Under the pieces are notes generated by a model. The model did not search any database, was not told the origin of the DNA, and was given only the letters and a program-made list of their open reading frames with translations. The position numbers and the translations under genes are program-made. Below are positions 1 through 12,910 of a stretch of DNA of 64,000 nt, one piece after another. Origin of the DNA: Lingula anatina (Eukaryota; Animalia; Brachiopoda); assembly GCA_051362555.1 (NCBI GenBank), contig CM120642.1, forward strand, positions 20,522,001 to 20,586,000, written 5' to 3'. The stretch's first letter is position 1. Each line of letters opens with the position of its first letter.

Positions 1-435
1 CTGTTTTACGGACTAAAATATGGAATTATGGTTTCGCGTCTAAAATCGGTCTGAGCCAAAAACTTCTTGCGTATGTTTTAACTTTTGTCTTCTGACATGT
101 GCAGTCTGCTTGTTATAATTTCTTGCTACAAGGCAAAGACATGCGTAAAGAAACCTTGTTTGAAGTGTCGCTCAGTTCTTTGCGAAACAAATTATCCATG
201 GCCAATATGCTGCTATGTTTATACATTTTAGCATGTTTGTGTTAAAAGATTTAAATCAAGTCTTCGTACAACAAACACCAGGTACATAAAATTCGGTCTT
301 TCCAACACTGGGATTAAACTGAGGGAGGGTGCGTAATTCTGCTTTTTATTCGTATTTTCATCTACCAAAGCAGTTCGTCTCCAATGCACTGACCCCACTT
401 GCGCTTTATTATTTTTTTCATCCGCTATCACTCAC

Positions 436-501
436 CATTTCGTTATCTTTTTTCAACCACATCAAAGTAAATGGCGTCGGCGTCCATGACCATTGCGACA
501 G
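436..501 (-). other. Possible first exon of a gene running off the left edge of the window
   Basis: The minus strand reads ...GATAACGAAATG|GTGAGT, an ATG at 438-436 directly followed by a consensus donor, with a GCCATTT (YY1-like) motif just upstream. An alternative plus-strand reading ATGGCG...ACAG|GTGAGA (471-501) is also possible. No downstream exon could be confirmed. Confidence 0.25.
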
Positions 502-562
502 GTGAGACTGGTCTCAACTTGAACACATTTCGCGGCTTGCTGAGGCTTTGAATATATCCTTT

Positions 563-811
563 AGACTGGGTTCCCATCCCTAGATCAGGAACGGTCCATC
601 TCTACTAGGTTTTTTGCTAAATTGATTTCGATTTAAGTGGCTTAGATGTCTGGGACGTCTACTAAAACTGCTAAACGATAGTTAATTACCCCTATCAGCC
701 TCAGTAGGCGTGACAGACATCTAAGCCGCTTAAGTTAATTGCATTAATCGAGAATCCCCTTGAAGATAGTTCGATCCAAAGTTAGTTCGATAGGGTCTGG
801 GAACGGTCTCT
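563..811. mobile_element. Short fold-back / MITE-like element
   Basis: Imperfect terminal inverted repeats (agactgggttcccatcccta / tagggtctgggaacggtctct) and an internal inverted pair (ttaagtggcttagatgtctg / cagacatctaagccgcttaa). Confidence 0.35.
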
Positions 812-3800
812 TAGATGTAGGGACAGCTAACCACAAAACTTCTTCCCTCGAAAAAATTAGGCGAGGCGGGGGGGGGGGGTATTTAGAAATTTAACAGATA
901 AAGTGTTAAACTGAAGTAGTAAGAGTTTATCTATTAAAATAATAAAAAATCAACATTGGACTAGTAAAAAGATTTGAACTACTTTATCAAAAGAGAGTTT
1001 ATTCACAAGCAACGGAGGCAAACCGCATGGAAGCATGAAATACAGGATATACATGTCACAGCTTTTAAAAATAAACATTTTTATTGATGAATTTGAACTA
1101 CATTGTTCATTATTGCTACAAGTTCATGACTGGGTACAGTAAAACGAGGCAGTTCGGTATAAAAGTGTTTATATATCGTTATTTGGATCAAAATAATTAT
1201 CTTTGATAGGGCTATTTTCCAAAAGATGGTTAATCTCTGCAGGCTTGTAGACCGCAGAGGGTTATAAAATATAGTCTGGAAAGCAGTTGGCACATTTTTT
1301 TCTTTTTCCTGTCTTTCAGTACACAAATAGTCTTTTACTGAATGCTGAAATGTAGAATGCATGTTTTTTATGCTTACTGAAATTCTTTTGAAAAACGTAA
1401 CAGGACTAGTTAAGATAAATGTTTAATATTTGTTATTGTCTTAACGCTTGATCGTAATAAACAAATAATTCATTCTAAACAACAAAGGACCGTTTTGCTT
1501 ATTTTGGTGAATGAAAGCTCTAACAACTTCAGCATAATAAATTTGATCAGAGATTAGAAATGACAGAAATATTCAGCATGTCGCTATAAAGGCCTGACCA
1601 TAATAGGTTCTCGCTCTACGCCTTTCACTACCGAACGAACATTCCCGTAATTAGCAAAGGAAATGCATGCAGCGGAGTAAATTTTAACAATACAAATAGA
1701 ATATACAGGTCAAGGAACAGAATTTGAAATGTCAGCGGGATGGGTAAAGCAGGTTACCGCTTTTCTTGTGAGAAAATAATTATTGAGATCTATTCATTTT
1801 CCTATAGAAAAAGAAAATTCAGCCGTTGGTGCAGGTGATGTAGTTGATATCAACCGTAATAATTCAATTCAATTATTATTTATTATTCAATTTATGTCTC
1901 TGCTGGTACATAGATTATCATGACCTTGTTCAATATAATATAATATAGGCCTTATAACAACAATGCAACTGATGCATCACCCATTTGCATTTGGTATTTG
2001 CGTTGTCAGTATATCTGACTGAACTGATATTCTCCTAGAAAATAACCGACATTGTACATGTATAACATTAAGCATAAAACAACACGAACAGCATATAAAG
2101 TGCATGGATGCAGTTAGCGCATGTTTTATTTCAAGCCATCTTCAATCATTTACAACAAACCACAATACCAAAAAAAAAAAAAGTAAATAGATAAATCATA
2201 AACACGAGTAGACCCTTTCCTCATCAACATCCATATCATCTCTTCCTTTTATATATAAAAAGGAACTGCCGTGATATCACATCCCTAACAGCTCTTCCGA
2301 GCTCATTTCTTCCTTTTATAGGGAATCACCGGGACCCCACCTCCCAAAAAGACTCTTATTGAGCACAACCATGCATTTAGTAAATTCATGATCATAAATG
2401 CACCCAAACTTGCACTAGCAATTTCTGAAAATTAAACAAGATAATAATATCATTATTCACACAAGTATTCATACAGTACATAAGCACGTAATTGTAAACA
2501 TAGTAACGTAAAACAACACAAACACATGCGTGTACATGGTATGCCTACAATAATTTACACGTGCATACTAGCATTGTAACAAAATTGAAAAAAATAAACT
2601 AATCACTGCAGCAAAAACTATTGTAGTTACAACATAAAAACAAACATGTAGATAAGCAAATTTTAATTATACTAACCAACGAACCGAAAAACAGCAAAAA
2701 ATTTACGTGTCAACTGGACTGCGCTAACTGGTCGAATAATCAACTATATCGTAATTAATCCACAATTCTTACAAATGGCACAACTAACACAATATACAGT
2801 GTCGCCCCCTATTAGGAGAAAATAATTCCATTCTGATTAACTTCGCTCAACCAAATAGAATTTTATCTTTATATAATGGACATAACTAGTTAAATTACTT
2901 ATTAAAATATTTATAAGTTAAGCGGTGAGATATAACTTCTTGGTGTGATTACAGAATTATCATAAACATAAATCATGAAGCATACGGTTACAATCATATG
3001 TACTATAATATGGAGTGATTCAAATTAACAACGAAGGAGGGGTGAACTACAATTACATAATGTAGTTCGGAAACGACGTCATTTTGAATATTTATAAATG
3101 AACCATAAGAGCTAAGGTAAATATTCAAACTAAATATTGGTAGACAATGCACCTACAATTCATTACTTTTCGTAATTTTGCCAAGAAAGAAATTCTGTTG
3201 GCATTACAACAACAATTTTAATGTGGGGTGAAATCCCATCTACACAAATCGTGCATTTACTTAGCCGTATTAACATACAATGAAATACCCTGGTGAGTTT
3301 GACAATAATAAGGTGCACTGTTATTCTTCTATAGCATTTATGTTGACAGTACACAAAACAGTTTTTTTTTTTTTTTTTTTTTTTGTTAATTTATATTCAA
3401 TATTGTGCAAAATTTACATGCAAAATTATTAGCAATTCTTTATTATTTAACACAGTTAATGTAAACTTCCAGGAACTGCGTCTGACACAGGGCTTATTCT
3501 AGGAGTTCAAAGTCACTCCCAATATGTTGGTTTAAAGTAATCTCATATAACGACCACTTGACATTAATTAAATATTGTCTTAATATAAAGTGATTAAATA
3601 GCCATCTAATTACCCAAGGAACAATTAACTGAACTAATCAGCCCACGTGTCCATATACCACAAACTACATGTGTACTAAGAAAAGGTGAATTTCACAAAA
3701 ATTAAAAAAGGAAAACTTTAAGACAAATATTCCAAACAGGCTGATTTTAAAAATTGAACTTAATATTTTAATAATATTAAATCCTCCTGTATGTTTGAAG

Positions 3801-6800
3801 ACAAAAGTTCAATCGGTTCTCTGCTTAATGTGTTATCTGCATTGCATATAATATAATATATGTTTTCATACCAAAGACATTACCTTTTTTGTTATTTATT
3901 TGGGTTCTGTGATCTAGACCACATTTCTCTGCTCTGACCTTGACGTGCTGTTTGTTTCTTATCGGTCGTGTTGTACTCCTTATGACAGCAAACTCGGCAA
4001 AAGATGTCATCACACATGAACCATGCATAAAAGTCGTTGTGATAGTTTTTTTGGCAGCAGACACCCACGCATGTTCTCCTGAAAATTTCGCAAAGATCCC
4101 ATCGCGGCCACTCACAGCAGTTGTTACAACGACGTGAACAGCACCCAAGACACACGTAAAAGACGGGGATGTAAATTAAAACCATTCCAACAAGCACAAA
4201 AGCTGTTATTCCGGTCGGATACAAGAATGATTTTATCGCCAACACCACATTACAGACGTTAATGAGAGCTAAATAGTATTTTATCATTATTGATAAAACA
4301 ACACCGAAGACAGCTAATGCAAAAATCAAAGCACAAGTGTAGAGAAACAAAAGGCAACAATATGAAAGCTGGTACAGTTTTGATTGGCGCTTCACAAAGC
4401 AGCGGTTAAACAAAACAAACAAGCAGGATGGTAGGGCGAAGCAGATGATTAAGAAGCACAGTAAGCCAACAGCCAGCATTCCATATTTGATAGGGTCTGA
4501 TATACATCTCTCTGCGGGTTGGCTTGGTGATATTGGGTTATTTATGACCTCTGCAAACCCCATGCCCATTGCAATAACAACTAAAATGAGAAATACTATA
4601 ATGGCTGACAGGCAGCAGCAGTGAACACGCCCATGCGACCTATATACTTCTTGTTCTGTCTTCAGATGGTGCAGAAGCCGTCGGCTTTCAAGATGAGACT
4701 TGTCGGCGTCGTGGAACACGGCGTTGTTTTTAATGAAGATATCCTTCATGCTTCTTTCCGCTCCCTGCTCGTCAATGGTCTGAAGCAGGTCGATCACATG
4801 AATATCAACTTTGTCGGCGTCCCATTTTGTTTTCTGTAAAAATATAGTCAAAAATCCTTTTAAATCAAAGACGAATGAGCAAATGCCTGAAATGTACGAA
4901 AATCTTATCGTATATATATATATCATAAACAATTCCCCTTTTCCAAGTTAGTAGTACATATAAAGCCATCAGTATACATGTACGTGACCGGAATACACGT
5001 AAACAAGGAGTGTATACAATGTGAATTAACAGTTTTTTTCCTAAAATCCTTAGCCAAACACAAACGATATGCTAAATTAAGTAAAAGTTACAATATATAT
5101 TAAAACTTTTATACTAGCATTGTATCAAATAAAAACGAATGTTTCTCACTTTACCTTTCCTTGACTTTCCACGTCCTCGTCGTCCATGTTGAAGGTTTTG
5201 TTGAGGTAAGCGACCTTAACCCAGATAGCAATGAGCGGTCGGGCCGACGTCGGCATTGGTCGGCACGGTCGCGGTCGGCAGTCGTTGTCGGGCCGACGTC
5301 GGGCCACTATTAGTGACCCGACGTCGGGCCGACGACTGCTTCACGCCGTCGGCCCGACGTCGGTATAACGGTGGCTCATCAGCTGTGCGTCGGGCCACTA
5401 CTGGTGACCCGACGTCGGGCCGACGACTGCTTCACGCCGTCGGCCCGACGTCGGTATAACGGTGGCTCACCAGCTGTGCTCGATTTGCACTAAGCGGCCA
5501 ATTTCAAATCGAGGTCACCCACACTAAGCGGCCATAGATCGTTGCAAGTGCACTTGACGGTTATTTCATATTTTCCGTATTTTGCACCAAATTGTTAGGT
5601 AAGTATTTACTTTAAAGTGTTTATGTTTTTCGTACTATAGGTGGAGGTTTATTTGTTGTAGATGAATTAACGAAAACAAGCAAATCTGTCAATAATTTGT
5701 TAGTCGTAGCTGCAGGCAGTTGGCGCGCTGCATGCCACCTTTGAACCAACGTCGGGGCGACGTTGGGTTTCCGGCGGCCAAAAAGATTTTCCCGCTCAAA
5801 TTCTTTTATGCTTTGAAAGACATTTCAATTACCACATTTCATGTATAGACAATTTATAAATGTGAATGAGCAACGTTCTAGTACTTTTTTTGTACTTAGG
5901 AGTATATATATATTGTTTATATTTTCTCTAGTTGAATTTGAAATGCTTATATAATAGGGGTATATAGCAAGGCTGCATGATACTAACATGTAAACTTATA
6001 ATGTCAGCATGGGTTTAACACTGGATAAACCTTACGGCATACATTCCAAACTGAGTTTAGCATTAAGGGGTATAATGTCCACTCAGATTTTTACAGGTTT
6101 TCTGTTCAAAATTGGACCTCAGTAGGCTAACCTAAAATATCCAGAGGTGGTTCTTTTAGGGAGGGGGAGGGGGGCAAGTTTAAATTGAATTTTTTTCTAG
6201 ATGTTTATTCAAATACCCACAGGGTATGATAAAATAATGTTTCTTTTTTTGGTTTAGGCTCATAATTAGACAAGGCATTTTGTGCACATTACAAAGCCAC
6301 ACTTAATATGTATCTCATATTTCTCTTATAGTCTTCCATCATGCATTACTACCTATTTGTCGCCTGTGTTGAGCAGTCAATCCTCACAAGAAAATACACT
6401 TGAAAGGTATGTGTGTATATAGTTAAAGTGCTTCAGTGTGTCATTGCCATGGTAAGATGCAGTAGTTTAACTTATATCATCCCTATCAATGGATTAAGTA
6501 GTAAACAACTAAGAAATTAATTTAGCCTACTTCTTGCCTGCGACTCTCTTCTGGAATTTAGTACATTATTCTTCTTAAAATATATGTAAATGACAGGGAT
6601 GGGGGTAGGAGGAGGAGGCTGGAGAAGAAGAAGGGTAATATATTAAGCAGAGTAACCACTTCCCTGGAAAATAATTACATTATTTCGTCTACATTTCAAA
6701 GTATACATTAACAACTTCATTTCAATATGCAACATTACGAATAAGCGCGGGTGGATTGGATGCGAACTAGGAAATAAGTCATTAGAAGACAACTGAAACC

Positions 6801-7158
6801 AACGGTTCAATAATACGATAGAGAAACATGGATTGTTGATTCGTTGCGGCCAAAATCGAGCGTACAAAACTAACCTGTCTGTCCCTGACCTCATAAAGTT
6901 TAGAACATTTCACATCGCAAATAGAAAAAATAATAGTTAGAGAAACGTGGATCAGTATCATGCTAGATTCCTTAAGCTTGGTTTCAGTTGTCTTCTTAGC
7001 CGTTTTTTATTTTGCATATCAGTGAAATAACATATGATATTAACGGTGAATTTTGTATGTTTTATTAGATTAAGTGTGAGTTTTTATATTTTTTCTATTC
7101 TCTTCACAGAGAGAGAAGCAGCCCAGGCGCCGCAGCAGAGTTCCTCAGATAAATCTTA

Positions 7159-7220
7159 GTCATCATCATCATTCCTCTTCGTCCCGTGTGGGAATTAAGG
7201 CCACAGTCACTTCTTTCCAG
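7159..7220 (-). mobile_element. Probable 3' tail fragment of an RTE-type LINE nested in the CMC element
   Basis: The minus strand reads ctggaaagaagtgactgtggccttaattcccacacgggacgaagaggaatgatgatgatgac, resembling RTE 3' ends that finish in a (TGA)n tail. Confidence 0.4.
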
Positions 7221-7251
7221 CGTAGTGTCGTAGTCAAAGATATGCTGCAAA

Positions 7252-7690
7252 TCTTGCGACTCACAGAGCGTCATCTATTTGATATGATGTTAACAATGCC
7301 ATCAAATGTACGTCGGGGAAACGAGGCAGAAATTAAAAGACAGAATTAGACACCACCGCTGCCCTATAAACAACAAAAACCTCTTCGTGCCTGTGGGACA
7401 ACACAACACTCAGCTAAAGGCATCACCGTCACCGTCTTAAAAGGAAACGACACTAGCCAAAGACGGATCGTCGTACAGAAATGTATTAGAACACTAGAGA
7501 CCTTGAATAATGGACTCAGTAGGGACAATAGTTTTTTAAATGAATATTGATTTTTTATATGTTACGTTTAGCGTTTAGGACGCTTTTGCAGCATCGCGTG
7601 CCTTTAACACATCATCGACGCCACATACCCCAGTAGTTTTTCTTCACCATTTTTTTAATGTCTCTGAAGAAGGCCTAGGGACCGAAAGCT
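7252..7690 (+). mobile_element. Decayed Penelope-like retroelement 3' fragment (GIY-YIG endonuclease remnant plus hammerhead-like motif) nested in the CMC element
   Basis: Translation SCDSQSVIYLI*C*QCHQMYVGETRQKLKDRIRHHR...PVGQH...LETLNNGLSRD matches the Penelope GIY-YIG pattern (VIY..C..C...YVGET...L..R..H) with in-frame stops. CTGAAGA-N13-GAAA at 7664-7687 resembles a minimal hammerhead core. Confidence 0.7.
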
Positions 7691-10319
7691 TGGATTATAT
7701 ATGACATCTGTAAAGTAGATCTTTAGAGATGCATCAGTAATAATATTTATTTTCAATAACTAATTGAATTATCGTTATTAACTCACTCAGATTTATAAAG
7801 ATGTTTCTTCACAAAACATGATTCACGTTGTTATTATTATTATCTTTTAGGCCAACGGGACTTTTTCACTTCAGTGAGAGGGTTATTACGAAGAAACGCC
7901 GCTGCTACCCTATTGCCAACGTTCGCCAATTGAGTCATAGCTGGCTGACCATGGAGAGTCCATAATAACATTGGCTAATTAAAGAACGGCATTATTTGCA
8001 TAACGGTGGTAAAACGATGGTTAACGACGTTGGCGCGAAGTTGGCAAGAAGGTGGCACCGTTGGCATAACAGCGGCTAACCGCCGATAGTAATAGCTCAT
8101 AAGGACATTGGCCCAACGTTGGCGCGACGTCGGCAAAAGGTCGGCATTATAGTGGCTGACCGCCGGTTATCGATAATAACGTTGGCCCGACGTTGGCGCG
8201 ACGTCGGCAAAAGGTCGGCATAACAGCGGCTAACCGCCGATAGTAATAGCTCATAACGACGTTGGCCCGACGTTGGCGCGAAGTTGGCAAATTGTCGGCA
8301 TGACAGCGGCTGACCGCCGTTTATCCATAATGACGTCGGCCCAGCGTCGGTGCGACGTTGGCAAAAGGGTGGCAGACCACCGGTGGGCCGACGGCGGGCC
8401 GCCGGACACGCCGACTTCGAACCGACGTCGTCTGCCAACGTTGGCCCGACGGAGGCAAAGTCGTCGGGCCGACGTTGGCGCGACCACTCTTTGCTATCTG
8501 GGAAGAGGATACGTACTGAGGATGGTATTGTCCAGGGGGTCAGACAGGGAGAGGTCATCTCGCAAACTCTGCAGCAAGATATATAATTTACCACGCATTA
8601 TCAAAGTGTGGATAATGTATTGAGCAAAATTGTTTACATTGTCAGCGTGAAGTAAGTAAATGTTCAATAGCGCTTTTTTGTAATCAAATATTAAAAATGA
8701 ACTGTTCCTGATCTGTTGATCAGAGAGCAAATATTAAAGATGAAATGTCATAGTTCTGTACATCAATTAACATAATGGAATACTACTTTTATGGTAACTA
8801 TCAAAATACATGTAGAATAAGCATGTGGGTTTTGACTATTTCGATTCTTTAATCGGCACAAAAACGAGGCAAGTCAGTCCTTATAAAGCCTGTTTATCAA
8901 TTTGACATCTTTCAAGAAGTGGACATTAAGTCGGGTAAAACACCGCAATAGGGGGCATTCAGAACAAGTTGATCCGTGGACTAACTGATTCGCTGATCAA
9001 ATATGGCCGACCCACATGAAAGCAATGCCCCATAACCCCCCATGTGCCGTCTCTGCAGGGGCAAAATCTCGTCTCCACATTGATCAGGGCACAGTTCGTT
9101 CTTATTATGATGTTTGCCTTGTTCCCTACACCTGACCGAAGTAGGAATAAAAAATTGTCAGGTTAAAACAACCTTGAAAGTTATGGTGCTTTAAAGATGA
9201 AGACAGGTGGGTGTCAGCAGCTTGACTATCTTCTTAATCGACCAAGATATACCTACATGTTGCATATCAAAAAAAGAGAAAAATTTAGGTCAACAGTTTT
9301 ATTAAATTACATGTACGCATTATATAATGCTTTCAATGCTTTTCTCAGAGAAATCATATTGGTCGGTTAAGGAGACCACTTTCCTGGCAACCGCCGTCTT
9401 CACCCCTTCACTTCACTATAGGCTTACCTTGAGGGCTCTAAATCCGCTTTGGTTTTCCTTGGGTGTCTTGCCCATGATTTCGGTCTGTTCATCACTGAAA
9501 GTGCACTGCCAAAAATCACCAGCAGTGACAAAGAAACAGTGTTGAATTGGCCCAGTGGTCAGTTGGTTCAGTTCTACTGTCTTCTTTTTCTTGTCTCTTT
9601 CATCGGAATCTGAAAGACGGCATTGTTGTTGTATCACTTGTAGGAACAATAAGAAGTAGCAAACAAATTAATAATAAAAGTTTCTTCAAACAATTGCTAA
9701 AAATTAGGGTAATTGCCATTCTAATATTTCATTGACTTTTAAAAGACGCATTTATTAGGGAATGAGGTTATGGATGGTTATGGATAGCCTCAGCCTTTTA
9801 AGGAACAAATGTACTCCTGGGTTTTACTTTTTGTTAAAATTTAAGCTTGCAATCCTAAGTACAATTATCGGCCTCAAGTTTCCATATTCATAACACTAGA
9901 TGAATATTATAGTGACAATAACGACGATCTAGAGCTTTCTTTTCATATAATTTCACGAGTATTTATACTCTATTTCTCCGTACTGATCATGCGTTTACTT
10001 GTTTTCTTTCCGTAGTCTTTGCGTGATTACAAGGAATAATCCATTCTCATGTTGCAAACCACCATTTAACATTTCCTTATTAGGTAATTTCTAAGAGACT
10101 TGTTTTCAACATAAAATATTAAAGATGGTATTTGAATAACTCATGCTTGGACCATGTCGATCCTTCGTTTGCATGTGTTTTAAACATGTCAGAAACTTAC
10201 AAATCTATTGAAAAATTAACCAATCAAATCAAACTATATGTGACTTTGACATATTCCATCTTTTCCTACCACTCCTACCACGAAAACAATTTCTACACTT
10301 GTTGACTCTTAAAGAAATT

Positions 10320-10418
10320 TCACTTCAACTCAATAATTCCCTATCCTTTTACTCGTTTGATTTCGCTCTAATTATTATCTGCAATTAGTGAAAGTGTTAG
10401 TCATTTACTCTACAACTT
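10320..10418 (+). repeat. Dispersed repeat, also present at about 51490-51586
   Basis: actcaataattccctatccttttactcgtttgat...gtgaaagtgttagtcatttactctacaac closely matches actcaataactccctatcctttaactcgtttgat...gtgaaagtgtaagtcatttactttacaac. Confidence 0.7.
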
Positions 10419-12728
10419 TCTTCAAAATATTCGCCCTCGAACTCTATAACTTTACAACATCCATTTTTCGTTTTTTTAAGCAAAGCAAATACTAAATATT
10501 AGAAAATCGTAAATTACCAAAACTAGCCACGCAATCTCGATGTAGTAAGAGATACCTTTCATAAATCAATGCCTCATGCATAATGCTCAATGTATTTACA
10601 AATAGGACAGTGTGTCATTGTACGTATAATAAGATCAGAACAAATTCCTTTCTTTGTTATTTTATGAATAAGTCGTCAAAACGTCATTTCTCGATCATCA
10701 TTCATCAATTAAACATAATAATGCTAAACAGCAACATTTAAACGTCGCAGTTATAATACAGTAACTACAAGTAAGTCAGTAACACTCCATGCATAATATA
10801 AAGCTTGAATAATACATTTACCAAAATGACTTAACAAAACAACTCTTGGCTGTATTTTGTTTGGGCTAATTTAGCAAATTAATTGCACCTCCACCTGAAG
10901 CGCTAACAAACAAAAAAGCAAATTACTTGAGGTGCAAGCAGAGGACAATGCCACCCGTCGTGCGTGGACGCCACTCTACACACCAAGACGCAAAAATGGC
11001 GAATGCAAAGAAAGAATTACTCCGAGAAATGGCCGAATGTGGGTATGTATCAGCCAGAGTGCCAAGACCCTAATATGCGAGTTTGAAAATGTTTTGGCAA
11101 TATTATTTATAAACTTCCTTGCTGTTACGATCTTTATTGTGAATAAAATGATTGCCTAACGATTTTTCCTGACAACCCCAGACGTGGTACGAATACTGGC
11201 TGGCTACCTGCATACGCGAAGACTCCCATTCATGACATGTTGGGTTTTCCATTCACTAGAAGCACTCTTTTTAAAATTTCTCTGGCTTTCCACGCCCATC
11301 CGTTTTCTCGCAACTTTCTTTTTTCCCATGACTGTGTATATAACTGTTCTGCTTAGCTGACGTAAGACTTATTAGCTGCCAGTGCACGCGTAACAGCTTA
11401 AGACAAGTTAGACAACCATTCTTGCCCCCATTGTAACGGTGCTTGACAACGGAACTTTTATAACAGATCCATCAACAACTGAAACTTCTTTTAATGATAC
11501 TCTAAAAACGAACAGCAATACAAGAACGCTGAAGAAAGGAAATGTACAGTATATATTATGTGCGTGCGTGTGCATGTGCGTGTGTGTGTGTGTGTGTGTG
11601 TGTGACAGGTCGTTCTTAAACGGTAAGAAAATCTTGCAACGTCATACTTACAGCTTATAAAACCATCCACTCTAAGCGCAAATGTCAAATCAACTTTGAC
11701 TTCATACTTGTTCTTCTTTCCTCTTTCAGAACAACTGAGGTACAGAGTGACTGCGGGGCCGTTGGTGGTGACAGCATTAGAATTTGGACGACTGAGAACC
11801 TCACAGACCATTTTCCGTAAATTCTCTGTCACATGCTGTGCTGGTAAGTCAATCTTTCTGTTACCATCTGTCGACGCGTCGGTAAGACTGCGGAGTGGCA
11901 TCTCTGTCACATTCTGTGCTGGTATCTCTCCGTTACCATATGTCGGCGGGAGGGTAAAACTGCGGAGTGCCGTCTCGACTTCCTGGTCTTTTGTACCGAG
12001 GCTGAAATAGGACAGGTGCTGGACAGGACGATCCCGTCTATTTTTGATGGTTGGTAGATACTTTCTTGTCATGGTTAGTTTTGAGCCGATCTCTATACGA
12101 TTCTGCTGCAGGTTGGTCTTGTCTTCAATGTAAGGGACGAGTAGAAAGTCGAATTCATTGGCACGTTTGACTTTCACGCCTTCGTAGAAGCTCCCCACTG
12201 GGATCAAATCAAATTTCAAAATGTGTTGTGACGATTCATTTCCGCTACTAGGTTTCAGTTTGCCTATGATTTCATCCACCAAATACTTTTCAACGCTGTT
12301 TCTAACACCCTCTCTTTTTTCCAGCAGTTTTGCCTCGTAGATATCTACATAGCTTATGTACCGGTTGAGGAAGGGATCAATTTTGTTTGATTTGCTTCCT
12401 GTTATCGACTCTTTGGAGTTTTGTTGCCCGCTCCTCTGGCTGTGTGGTACGATTTCCTCTGGGTTGACTTCGAATGCAAATGGCGAGTTCAGACTCCTTT
12501 TGAAGGCCTGATAATCTGCATCGTTTAGCAAAGATAATTCCCATTCGTCGTTTTCTCCTGCGTTACTGCAAAAAAAAAAAAACGAAAACGTGAACATTTG
12601 CCCTTATTAAGTGTTAAGAAGACAGTAAGTGTTCAAATAAGCAACTTCCATAACTTAATTTGTTCCCTATAAGTCAATGTGTGCATATTTACAATATATA
12701 TATGTGTGTGCGAGTGATTGTGTAGGTG

Positions 12729-12766
<38 letters not shown>

Positions 12767-12872
12767 GGTATTTCTTAATAAAAAGGTAAAATGAGTAAAT
12801 AAAGTTGATTGTCCGACCAGTATCAGCAGGATATGTAGACACTGAGGTATAATTTTGGGACAGTTTCTAAAT

Positions 12873-12910
<38 letters not shown>

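Larger units (their letters stand above)
5220..8502. mobile_element. Non-autonomous CMC/EnSpm (CACTA-like) DNA transposon, 3283 bp
   Basis: Termini CCCAGATAGCAA...TTGCTATCTGGG with an imperfect TIR of about 35 bp. The 2-bp TSD AA (5218-19 / 8503-04) is defined by the empty site in the paralogue (ccttAAgagg near 22072-22081). Both ends carry dense subterminal repeats of GGCCGACGTCGG / GGCCCGACGTTGG type. No transposase ORF is visible. The superfamily call rests on the CCC termini, 2-bp TSD and subterminal repeats. Confidence 0.85.

Noticed and set aside
5216-5459. Arg/Ala-rich ORFs here and at 8097-8623, and a superficially CRISPR-like repeat pattern
   Set aside because: These are GC-rich subterminal repeats of the CMC element. 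There is no regular repeat-spacer period with unique spacers and no cas genes.
10925-10975. GC-richer exon-like patch in intron 2 of copy 1
   Set aside because: The candidate splice sites give either a stop codon or a phase mismatch with the flanking exons.
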